Positions 21,118-32,585 of a stretch of 64,000 nucleotides of DNA are shown piece after piece. The DNA is taken from assembly GCF_024521635.1 (NCBI RefSeq), contig NW_026250411.1:310001-374000 (forward strand). The letters are read 5' to 3'. A model generated the notes under the pieces. It was given only the letters and a program-made list of their open reading frames with translations, was not told the DNA's origin and made no database searches. Every line of letters starts with the position of its first letter. The stretch's first letter is position 1. Both the position numbers and the translations under genes were made by a program. The stretch comes from Tricharina praecox. Its lineage: Eukaryota.

Positions 21118-24100
21118 ACCTCAAGAATTCCAAGTTTTAGCTAAGCGGAGACTCAACCGTAGGAACAGGGGGCTGCATTTCCGGTGTGAACTCGAAGTCG
21201 ACAAGCCTGCAACACGGGTGAGTGTGATCTTGGTGCTGGAAAACGGGGTCCCGGGAGACTCATTAAAGCACTAGGCGCAACGAAGATGACAGGATCAGGC
21301 GGAGGCAAGGAGGCAGAAGAGCGGAGCACGATGGATGCTTCCCAGTGAAGGGGGTACTTTTGCGGGTAGATAGCTGTTCCGGTAAGCTGTTCCGGTAAGC
21401 AGAGCCGATCTCACAATGCCGCAGTTATCGATCTTTCGGTTTGCTTCCCCGGAAAACGACGCAAGCTGGGGTCTCAGCGGCTTCGCGCCTGAAAACGAAA
21501 GAAGTTCACTAGAATGCCTCAAGAAGGAAGCTTAGTTTCCCGAACGATCGATGAATATGGTGTCGGACGTCAATCTCGTTGCGAATCTTCGGGCACCGAT
21601 TGCGCTGTTTTCGAACGCAAACATCATTATAGGAAACGGATGGTTGGCCGAGATGCCTTCTTCTCCAGAGGTCTCCTTCTGCTAACGAGTTGACTTCTTC
21701 AGCGAGCTTGGAATCCTTATATCCGCCTAACTACCCTAGGCTACCGACCCACCGTCGACGGCAGCACCTTCCCGGTCCCACTCCACGGCTATCGAGACGC
21801 AAGAACCGAAGAACTCTTCAGTCGTCTTCGACCCCTCAGGATGGCTCTGCCAAGGCGTCCCTCCCCAGCATTGGGCAAGAGCCGTTTTCGTGAAGCGCTG
21901 CCGTCTGGCAGTAGTTAGTTGCCGCTACTGCGCGGCAAGGCTCCCAGAGGCTGGCTCGAAGTGCTGACGGACACCTGCAGATCCCTCCAGCGGGAGCTTG
22001 AAGCCCGTTTCCCTTAGGTTCGCTTCGTACCACACGACCTATGTTGGGGAAGATTGTGGCGCGGCAGAGAATCCCACCATGTGATACCTATGATAGACAC
22101 AATCGTGTTAGTTTCGGGTGGGGCAGTCGTTTCCCCAAGTTCTGATTACTTGCCCACATGTCAAGGGATCTCCTATTCCTTCTTTCGCTCACAGCCTCTC
22201 TACAATGCCAGAACACACCAGACCTATTGGATTCGTGGCCGTGACTTGATGAAGTGGCCGTGAAGTGGAGGATTTTCGCTGTCACACATCTCACATCAGA
22301 CCACCGCCAAATTCGATAACTCCCCTCGCCCCTACATAGGAATGGAATGCAGGTCTCACCACCGGAAGTACTCAGTAAGTCTATTTCGACCCTTAGAATT
22401 CGGAGGGGTTGCACGCAGCACCACCATACTAAAGTCCGCAAGAATTGCTGATCCACGTTCAGGGCTAGCCGTTTTTGTGTTTTTACGGTTCTTTTTTTTT
22501 TGAGTCGGCCTGTGATATCTGCAAGCAGTTAGCGATTGAGCCGTGCCAAGCGTTATAGAAGCATTTGGTACATGTCCGCTGGAAACCGGCTTTGATTCCT
22601 TCGGTATGGTGATCGTATGGGCGCAGCATCCACCGTCGATGAGCTGAAGTCGCTTGTGAGGGGCCCGGGCCGCATGGATCATCATGTGCAATAGAGGCCT
22701 GGTATGCGCATCGTGCCTCGCGTCCGCATGCTTTGCTGTGGGCGTGATAGAGGGTCTTGTATACTGGGGTCTCTGGCTATGCCGTACAAGGAGATAAATC
22801 ATAAAGTCGACATGTCTCGACTCTCGACCCACGGTTGTGGGTTCGAAGTCAAACATTTGTCATTCTCAAAGTAGCCGGGCCCACCGAATGGCTTGTGCAT
22901 AAGCCTGAACCCTAAAGAAGCAAGTACCGATCCACAATACTGCGCACTCGAGCACAGATCTTGGGTCTCCATCTCCCTCTATGTATCTATTCACTCGATT
23001 GGAGTGTCCCGAGCTCGCATTCGCTCCGCAGCTAGCTTACCCGCATTGAACATCACCACAGGTCTTGGTTAATGGATGCAATTCTGTTTAGATGACAGTG
23101 GCGAGGAATGCTATCGATTCGTACAACATCAACTCTTCACACCCTACCCCCACTAAAAACCCCGGTCAGCATACACACCAGTTCTCTGTTAGCCAGTCCT
23201 TCGCCGGCAAGCCACTGAGGGTTGTTTCTCACGGGACGAGGAAGCGGATTCTGTTCTTCAGCGACTCCCTCCACACGCTGCCGCCTGTGATAACTAGCGC
23301 CATATGCACGCGTCACTCCTTACCTGCGTGGAACTATCTGGCGGTGAAGGCGGCCTCTCCACGAACTCAATTCAGAGAGACTCCTCGGCACCGACATCCC
23401 CACAGCTTCTCAGCAGTTTCGAGCTATGGTCACTCGCCGCGCCGTCGCCGTGCATACCTGCATTATCTCCTTGCAGCGGTCGATGGGAAAGGGCGGATTT
23501 GACGGGTCAGGGCATGACCGGAGAAGCACAACATGGAGTCTGTGGCATGGGGGCACACGGAAGACGCTGTCATGATTATCTGGAGAATAGAGGCGTGCCA
23601 TTGGACACACTTTAGCGCGTGTTGCCGACGGGCAAGTGTCTGTGTGGATGGGCGCTAAATGCGTGCAGCAATGGCACGATAGAATACTCAACATCATGCG
23701 TAGCACCCGTCGAAATCGAGTATATGGCCATCGATCAAATGTCTGCGGAGAGGTGCTAAGATGATCGATAGGGAAACAGGGAAATAACCCACTCCGTTGA
23801 GTCTGATCCACATCATGCACCACATGCGTCGAAATCGAGCATGAGTCTGGCTTGATCGCATCACACGAATAGTGCAATTGCCCGCCGATTGGTGTCCCAT
23901 TTTGGCACCCATCCTCGCAGACAGTTGATCGTTGGCTGCGAGCACTCAGCTTTTCAACGGATAGGCAGGCACTGGGACTTACGGCTGCACTCTCTACCGT
24001 CGGTCTCTTTTCATGCAAACAACCATTCTGGCTTTCATGGTGTGCATTTCGGGCCGGGTTTCTCGAGGTTTCTGAAGACTTCATTGTTCGCTGTAACGGT

Positions 24101-27100
24101 ACATGGTCAGACGAGTCGGAATATGCACGGTCGCTTTGCGCTGAGCTTCGCCAACCCAGAGACCAACGGCTTCGCGCGCAGAGAGATATATATTTCGGCA
24201 GCACCGCACCTGCATGCCTATGCAGGCCTGAACCTCCGGCAAACGATGGCGAAGATCTCCTCAGCATCGAGAGACACGGGCTTGACGTTGAACCCGTTCC
24301 CCCGAATACAGAACGTTTCGAAAGGAAAAAGGTGCCACGCCGTACTGGTCTATTCCTTGGATTGCGGCGAGGTTCGCATCCAGATGGGAGGAGGGCGAAC
24401 GTGTACATACCTGCCCTACACGTGTGGCGGAGGTTTTACTTTTTGTGTCTCACGGGGAAACGGCACTTGTGTGGAATCCACGGGACGAACGGTTCGATTC
24501 GCCTATCCAATGTTGCACCGCTTGCATCTGGACTTCAGGGCAGTCGTGCGATTCCTGTTGACTTTATCTATACCACGGCGACCTATATGCAGGGGCGAAG
24601 GCAAGTCACTCGTATCGGGAAAGACTCAAGAGCGAGTCTAGGCCACACAGGAGGACTCTGAAATCGCTAGGCGGCGTCACTCCTTCGAGGCAAGAAGCTT
24701 ACACATCTTTGCTTGTATGTGCAAGGCCGGCGAGTGGACCCATACTTATGCTTACGTATGAATTGACCGTCGTAGAAGTTTAGGGATCAAACGGAACTGC
24801 GATCGTCAAATGGGCCGCGGCCACCACGTCTCCGACACAGGCTCAATCGGAAGCATAATTTCAGGATTATCGATACGATACATAACCGCGCAGGTCGAGC
24901 TCTCTCACTAGGGACGATCCCTAGGATTTTGGTAGTTGCTGGGTACACATCCGACGATTCGACTGATACGCAATCTCGCTCCGCCGTGCGTTTCGAGCGC
25001 ATGTCTTCCACATCGAATCACTCGCCGTGCCGGCTGCTAGCGGTGTCTGCACCCTGCGGCCTTGGCCCACGGGTGTAAGCCACTTCTCGTCTAGCCCTGG
25101 CGAACTGATTCCTTCTGAATTTATCAAAACCCGCCACAAACTTCCTCCTTGCCTACATCCATTGATCAAAGTCCAGGTCTTTACGCAGGGGAGGAATCAT
25201 CCATCACCTCTTTTAGGATGCAATCTAACGGAGAGGAATCTTCTCTTAGAAGCAAGCCACATCAAAGACGCGGGTAAAAGGCAGAAATACCACCATGATT
25301 CCTCAATGCTCATGGCAACAGGCTGTGCCCCTCATTCTTCACTCGTCCCCTTCTGGCGTAAGCGCCATACAAGCAGAGGGCTCTTATATGAAGCCAACTT
25401 AATGCAATTGAATTACCGTCTAACCCCGTGATACTTTCAAGCTATTCTCTCTGAATGTCATTTGGCGACCGGATGGGAGCATGAAGAAATTGCCTGTGCC
25501 AAGTGGCGGCAGATCTTCCACAGCATCCAGAACCGGCTTTGAGCGTCCTGCAGAAGTTGCAGCTTTTTCGGTCAGCTTATGCGCTGAGCCGGCGTCCGCC
25601 GCGGGTACGGGCGGCAAACAATGTATCTCAAGGCTCACAGGTATGTACATAGCGATAAACCGACGCCTGCGACAGAAGGAGGGAACTGCGGGGGATCCAA
25701 TGTCGTATACAAGATTGTTGTTGGTACTGACTCCTGAGATCGAGCACGTCCTAGATGGCCTGAGTATCGGGCTGCGGGTTTTGCTTCTATTTTCTTCTCT
25801 TTACATGTCGATATCCGCGGCAAAAAGATCCGAATCTTCATGAGCTTCTCGGCTTCCCACATGTGACATGTCTGCTGAAGGATTTCTCCTCACATTGTTC
25901 CACAAGGAAGTGCTAGACACCGGGTTTCCAGCAGGACAGTTGATAAGACAAGCCGTTAATGGAGTTTCCCAACTATATATTTGCATAAAGAGTGGCTGAG
26001 GCTCTCTCGTCGGTACCTAACGTCCGTTCCTCCCCAAGAATGACCGAGTTCGCACCCTGGCATCACCGCACTTACATCCTATGGAGGAATCGCCACCGAA
26101 ATTATACAACGTGCCGGCCCATATAGGTGTAGTCATTTGTCTTACCAAGTTCCGTACATACGCTCAAAGGTTGTCGAAGTGAGTAAAGTGCACTTTGACG
26201 GACCCGTGCATGGTGGCATTTTGACGGTGGACTCTGTTACCCAATAACGCCCAAGCTTCCAAATGTGCAGTTACCCAGTACTGTAAGAGTACACGGTACA
26301 CACAAACACTGATCTCCATTTCGCCTGTTTCTAATCTATATGAAGAGGAATTCAAATATCAACCTCGCTTCTGTCTGCCGAATCGAATCGAACCGGATGG
26401 GACGAAAAGCATCCCGGATTCGCGGCTGCGACGGAACTTCGAACGGCGCCCTATCACCCCACTGCACAGTGTACGGCGAGTCCATTCCCGGTTTCAAGCA
26501 GGTATCATATCATACAGTACATACACATATCAACACTTCAATAACTGCCTGCCTCCCTCCTCGTTTCTGCACCCAAAAATATTGTTTTCCACCCGGGGGC
26601 CGGTAGCTCACATTCTCATTGACATGGTGCTTTTTTTTTACCACACCCATGAGACGGATTTAAGCCACCTCCCCCCAGGGGCCGGCGCTCGCCTGGCTGC
26701 CGGAAAGTTCACGTATACAATAGATCGTGGAATAAAACTCCGGCTCCCCCCAAAGCGTCCAAGGGGGGCTTGTGGCTTGCTATGGCGTATACTGAATGGA
26801 ATTCTCGCTTGAAATCTGGAAACGGCGGCGGACCGTGATGATGTTTCAAAGCACAATAGCAACACGGAATGGGCTGAGTCCCTATTCTGAGGATTTTGAC
26901 TATATACATGCCTACGTGCCTACATACTCTGCCGTAGCTGGACCGCGGCAGAGACGCCGCGCCACGGCTCCGCATCAGCCACAGATTGCGCTGGAGTGGC
27001 TGAACTTGCATGTGGCAGGTGATAGTTTGTGACTCGCAATTTCTACCCAACGGGAATGTACCTGTGACGATCAATAGTGATTTGTGTTGAATCAAAACCC

Positions 27101-27148
27101 GTTGAGCTACAAAGTAAGTAAAATACAAACACCAACCGATTTTATTCC

Positions 27149-29080
27149 CTAATCACACTGGATGCACAGATTCTCCAACACAACGAGCTCATCCCCCCCG
27201 TCTTCATCATCCCCATCATCGTCATCGTCATCGCTATCATCATAATCATCATCATCGTCCTCATCGCCGTCCTCATCGTCTTCGTCGTACTCGCACCCAC
27301 AGTCATCCAGGCAATCCTGGCACAAAATCTCATGGGATTCGGGAAGCTCCACCAGACCCTCGTCGTCTAACTCCTGACGGCGCCTGATCGCGGCGATATT
27401 CGCCTTCAACTTCACCACCGCATTTCTTAACATGGAGCTATTTTTTCTGAGTTTTTCATTCTCCTTGAGGAGCTTGACAGTTATGCGGTATTCCTTGTTG
27501 AAGTGTTCCTTAAGGAAACGATTCTCCATACGGAAGCTCTGCGCCATCCTGCCCGCATCTCTTACCTCCCGTGTCAACCCTTCGTTCCTCTCCAAGGCGA
27601 GGCGGACTTCGTCCCGCAGTCGTACTTCGCTGTCGCTGATTCCCGGAGCGATCTCCTCCGGCGTCTTAATCCTCGACTTTAGTGCTTGCGGATCGGACAC
27701 GGGGACGGTGCCGGCGCCGAGCCGGGCTTGGGCGGACTCGGGTCTTTGCGCAGGGTGCTCCTGGCCTGGGCGCGAGGGACATCCAAGGCTTTCGACGGAT
27801 TTCGCGAGCTCGTGTACCGTGCAGCCGTTCTTGACGCTGGGATCATGGCATGCCTTGATTGCAATCGCCCACTTTGCTTCGCATTCGGCCTCGATCTGGC
27901 GTATTCTCTCGTCAAACTCGGCACAGAGGATGTTCTTCTCGCGGTTCATGAAATCGAGCATCTTGCGCTGCTCGACCATGTCCGTTGCGAGCGCGGCGAG
28001 AGCGGAATCCTTCAACTTCATCTGCTTGTCCATCTTCTGCAGCTCTTGCCGCTGCGCTTTCGTCTGCTCCAGCAACTGGTCTCTTTGCTCCTGGACCGCC
28101 TGCAGCCCCTTCTCCAACCCCTCGTATTTGATGCCCATCCACTCGTCGGCATCCTGCAGCTTCTCAAGCAACTCCCCCACCTCGACCTTCGCGCCGTTGT
28201 CCCGCTGGACCTTCCTGAGCTCCGCCCGGAGCCGCTCGTTGGTCGTATACGTCAGCTTGAGGCAGTCGTGGATGCTCTTATTGTGGGCATAGAGCTCCTC
28301 GCGCGAGTACTGCGTGGGGGGGAGGGCCGCGGGGCTGTAGCAGTGCTGCGCGAGCTGGTAGTGCGCGTCCTTGATGTTCTCGATCGCGACCTGCAGCAGG
28401 TCCTCGTTCATGGCGGAAATCATTTCGAGGTCGACCAGCCGCTCGCGCCCGTGGTCGTTCTCTTTGTCGTAGAGTCGGATGCCCAGAGCCGTGGCGATGC
28501 GCGCGATGAGTTCCGCGGTGGGCACGTAGTGTGACGTGCTGGAACGGCAGGAGGGGAATTCGTCGGCGTCGGTAGCGGCAGCGGGAGCGGCCTGGTCGGG
28601 GAATTCGTCGGCAGTGGGAGGGGCCTGGCCCTGATGTTCGGCGGTGGCCGCAGGGTCCCTGCCGTGGAATCTATCGGCATCCGTGGGGACCCTGCCGTAA
28701 ACCCGATCGTCATCGGTAGGGAAGCTGAAGTAGGTCTCATCGGCGTCGGCAGGGACTCCGGGGTAAGTCCCGTCGCCATCGGCAGGGACCCTACCGTTGA
28801 ACCTATCGGCCTCAGCAGGGATCCTGCCGTAAAATCTCTCGGCATCGGATGGGGCCCTGCCGGGGGCTCCATCGGCATCGGCAGGGACCTTGCAGTACTT
28901 CAAGGGGGGCAGGCTATACATATTGGTGAAGTAGGCTCCGGTGAACATAGGATATCCTAGGGGAGATTCTTTCTGCTGCCGGAGGTCTGTCCGAGAATGG
29001 TGGGTGTGAGGAGGAGGAATTCGGACAGATGGAGGAGGGGGCCACGGGTTTCCTTTTATACGCAAGATCATGCTGTCCAC
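27149..29080 (-). CDS. Hypothetical coiled-coil protein, up to 643 aa, with 11-aa tandem repeats and an acidic tail
   Basis: Long intronless ORF with heptad-like E/K/Q/L segments, repeats such as VPTDADRFHGR and a poly-Asp tail flanked by CxxC motifs. The start codon is uncertain. Confidence 0.75.
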   Translation of the reverse strand: MDSMILRIKGNPWPPPPSVRIPPPHTHHSRTDLRQQKESPLGYPMFTGAYFTNMYSLPPLKYCKVPADADGAPGRAPSDAERFYGRIPAEADRFNGRVPADGDGTYPGVPADADETYFSFPTDDDRVYGRVPTDADRFHGRDPAATAEHQGQAPPTADEFPDQAAPAAATDADEFPSCRSSTSHYVPTAELIARIATALGIRLYDKENDHGRERLVDLEMISAMNEDLLQVAIENIKDAHYQLAQHCYSPAALPPTQYSREELYAHNKSIHDCLKLTYTTNERLRAELRKVQRDNGAKVEVGELLEKLQDADEWMGIKYEGLEKGLQAVQEQRDQLLEQTKAQRQELQKMDKQMKLKDSALAALATDMVEQRKMLDFMNREKNILCAEFDERIRQIEAECEAKWAIAIKACHDPSVKNGCTVHELAKSVESLGCPSRPGQEHPAQRPESAQARLGAGTVPVSDPQALKSRIKTPEEIAPGISDSEVRLRDEVRLALERNEGLTREVRDAGRMAQSFRMENRFLKEHFNKEYRITVKLLKENEKLRKNSSMLRNAVVKLKANIAAIRRRQELDDEGLVELPESHEILCQDCLDDCGCEYDEDDEDGDEDDDDDYDDSDDDDDDGDDEDGGDELVVLENLCIQCD

Positions 29081-30089
29081 AGAACTCTGATCAAAGCTGT
29101 ACTCACGGATTCACCTCCAAAAGTTGGGCCAAGGGTTCAACAGGCCTGGAAGAGTGGGTCGCGGCTAACCTTCCCGATGGTAGCCATACCCCTTTCGTGG
29201 GAACTCCTTCAGCGGAATAAGCTCAAAGTACAGCTCGGTATCGACCGAAATAGCTACCTGTTTCGTGACGATGTCTTCGTTTGGAGGAAACAAGCTCAGT
29301 TTATATCTGGTATACGTGAGCTTTATTTCTTCAGTTTAGGGTAACTGCACTGAGTCTGTGATATCAGAGAATCCAGCCCATGGCGATTGGGTGGTTGGCA
29401 GCGAGAGCATCAAGGTGGAGCAATACCATAACTACCTCATTATTATCGTGCACAGCAGATGACAGGACAGGAAAGGTAGGCGGTCCAGCTGTTCATCGGT
29501 CTCCGGTGTTGCCCTGAGGATCATAGAGCAGCAGGCAACAGCGGGGGGAAACAGCGGGGGCTCGCAATGGCTACATATCTACAGCAAACCTCACGGAGCA
29601 ACCAACATTTCCCAGGCCAGGATTAGGAGGACAGACCATTACGGAATCCAATAGCGGACTATCAGACCTAGACGTCCAGATACGGTTTTGTCAGGGGATT
29701 CTACGCAGGGCAGTCATACCCTTCGCGCTGGGACGCGGCAAAGCTTAAGTTTAACGGTTGGGCTTCACAACTCAACTCGAGGACTAGATGCATGTGGTCA
29801 GATAGCACGTACAATGTATCAGGTAGTGGTTCCTCGGCCCGACGGGAAGGCGAGTATCCTCCCTCTATCTCTTTTCCCTGGCAGGTATATTTAGTTGTAA
29901 GCGGTGCAGAATGGCGGTATCAGCCGGACTAGCCGGATCGAGTGACATCGAACGTTGCAGACAATGGCTTTTCGAGGTTGAATACAACCTCAACTTCGTC
30001 ATCATCATTCATTTTTGCTGTCTCCCTTCCAGGACTACGTCACTCCTCTCACTCTCTGGTATAGCTGCAACGAGAGCACCACGTCCACG

Positions 30090-30310
30090 GCGAGGACAGC
30101 AGGTTATTCACAGCTAGGCAGGCATGATACTGTAGGACGGCATGGGAGGAGGGTATCTGCTGCGTGAAGAGAAGGGGCTGCCAGACAGCGAAGGACAGCG
30201 AGGACAGCGGGTTATTCGCAACGAAAAGAATAGGGTATCCGCGACGAGGCAGGCCTAGTACCGTGGACGGCATAGGAGGAGGGTACCTGTTGCATGAAGA
30301 GAAGGGGCCA
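30090..30310. repeat. Diverged direct duplication (~90-110 bp units)
   Basis: GCGAGGACAGCRGGTTATTC at ~30090 and ~30199, and GGACGGCATRGGAGGAGGGTAYCTGYTGCRTGAAGAGAAGGGGC at 30135 and 30265. Confidence 0.8.
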
Positions 30311-31214
30311 AAATCGGCGGTAGTTACCGAGTGACGCGTAATGAGTGGCCACGCCTTCAAGCTGCGCATCACAGGGGGTGGTCGGCCATTTGTGCATCGT
30401 TTCGAATGCGATCGGCAAGATACAGGATACATATAGGGTATCGTAAGTTTCATCCCTGGCCACGAGAGTTTGCTAGGGTATAAAAGCTTATGTGTACTCT
30501 ATTATAGTTATTATAACGGTCGTAGACAGGTGCTTAAACGGAACGGTCACTGATTGCCTGGCCAAGGACTGGAAAACAAGTTCAAGAAAAGCTTGTTGGG
30601 TGGAGATTTCTGGCTATTTATAATGTACAAGGTATGCATAGATATCATATACCTTAAGGCGCTCAACCGGGCTGATCTAAGCGGCGGGGCGACGCTTGGA
30701 CAAGGTTTTCGTTACTGTATGTGGTATGTATGAGAGGAAGAACCGCTGTTCAAACATCTAGTACACACCTACATGCCGTCGAGATACCACGTGACCTGAA
30801 TTTACCAGCGGTCCGAAAGGACTTTGATGCTGGTGATATTTTGGACCGAATCCGTACACCCTCAGAGCCTACTTGGGGGGACTCAACTCTCTTCCTTTCT
30901 CCCTGCGGCTATTTACCAGAAGTGGAAGAGAATGTGGATGGGAGTGGCAGAGCCCAGCCAGCTTGGTATGCATAACCATGAGGATGAGAAAGGATAACAG
31001 GGTGAGAGTGTGGGGGAGAAGGGATTGGGACTGGGGCAGATTGGTTGGGGTACATAGAAAGAAGGTTCGGGAAAAAACAGCGGCAGCATCGGTGCTCACT
31101 TCTACTTCAACTTCTGCAAGATTCTTTCGCTCACTCGTCTCCACCCGGCTATACAGCAGTATACTTTCTTTTACACGAACTCAGTATTCCGAGCTGGGCC
31201 CTCGTGAGGGTAGC

Positions 31215-31570
31215 TTTTTATTGATTGTATGCGACCTAGCTAGATCATGGCAATATACACACACACTCCGTTTCCACGCCGCTGTCCAACCCGACTTTCA
31301 TGAAGCGGCCCGATGTGATTTTCCCTACCCTCCGCCCTGGTCTTTCCCGGCGATTCCGAGATTCCGGTAAGCGATCGACGGGGGGCGGTACTATAGTGAT
31401 ATGGTACCATACTAGTTCAGATAGTGGGGGACCCTCCACTCCGCGGGCGGTGGAGTTATCGGCTGCTATCTTGACCCATTCGTCGGCCTTCTCGTTTCCG
31501 GCGACACCTTTGTGTGCCGTGCACCACCTGATCTCAATGGTGACCTCGGGCTCCATCCGGTGGCCTCGCG
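31215..31570 (-). mobile_element. Degenerate LINE relic: RNase H fragment followed by the 3' tail (copy 5)
   Basis: VTIEIRWCTAHKGVAGNEKADEWVKIAA is the C-terminal RNase H motif (W.P.H.G..GNE.AD..A) seen in fungal non-LTR elements. Downstream on the same strand is ...TATATTGCCATGATCTAGCTAGGTCGCATACAATCAATAAAAA. Confidence 0.8.
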
Positions 31571-32585
31571 GGGTAGCTACAAATACACGCGTCTTTGTGC
31601 TTTCATCAGCCGAGTGATGTACTGTGAGCGAGTGTACGGTGCGCAGCTGGCCCGCCGGTAAACCCATTGTTTGCCGGGGGCCTGATTTCCGCCGATTTTG
31701 ACTGGCGGAGGCGTGGAATAAGTATCGGCGGCAAGGGCGGTATTAACGACCCCTCTTTTCGTGCGGCGAGTGAGGGCCCAAGCAGTGGATATCACGATGT
31801 AGCATATAGAGGTGGTGTGATATATGACTTGATGCCGGGGTGGTTTCAGGCGATGGCACTGGGAGCCGTCGATTGGGCGCCCGCCTTACGATGCTCCATC
31901 TGTCTGCACCCGCATCAGCATTCTTGTTTCCAGGACGACCGTTGCCACTAGTTTGCTGTTTCTTTGGGTTTGCGTATGCACAGTGAGTTGGACCGCAGGG
32001 CCATGGTGACTCAAGCATAGCTCTTTGAGGATAACATCCGCTGCGCCCCGCGGAGGAGGTATCGAGTACTCTACACAATCAGCACTCCGATGGTTTCTCT
32101 TGCCGATCATCATGGTCGTCACCGTCGCCTTGTTATTGTAGCACAGGCGAAGCGGAATCCCGGCAACATTTGAGAAGAAGAGGGTATTGACGGAAATGCG
32201 CTGTCCACTCGGTCCGGAGATAGGAATCGGTCCGTCGGCGCCCGATTGCTGAGTGTGTTCATCCGGAGGTATGGGTGTTAGGCGACCGCGTGGTTTGGAG
32301 GGGGTTTTGGTGGTCGAGAGAGGAGCCGAGCCCCGGATGAGAGTCGAGCGGAGGGCATCGGTACTTAGGTAACTAGTGGGCCTGCCATCGTCACACCAAA
32401 AAAAAACGTCTTGTCGCTCACACCGCGCTCGCTCCCCCCCAACAACAAACCCCACCACCAACGACCAGCGGCCTCCCCCACCCCTCCCTCCCACCCCCAT
32501 TGCATCTGCCAGCGCGACACCTGCGCGCATATCACCCCTGCGACGCTCGAGCCTCTCCCCGCGATCTCGTTGCCATCTTATTTAT

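Noticed and set aside
21300..27000. ORFs up to 332 aa (23410-24408 -, 23889-24641 +)
   Set aside because: Random-looking Arg/Ser/Cys-rich composition, no domain motifs and no consistent splice model. A degenerate gene cannot be excluded.
27432..28534. Two ~285-aa + strand ORFs
   Set aside because: Antisense shadows of the coiled-coil gene.
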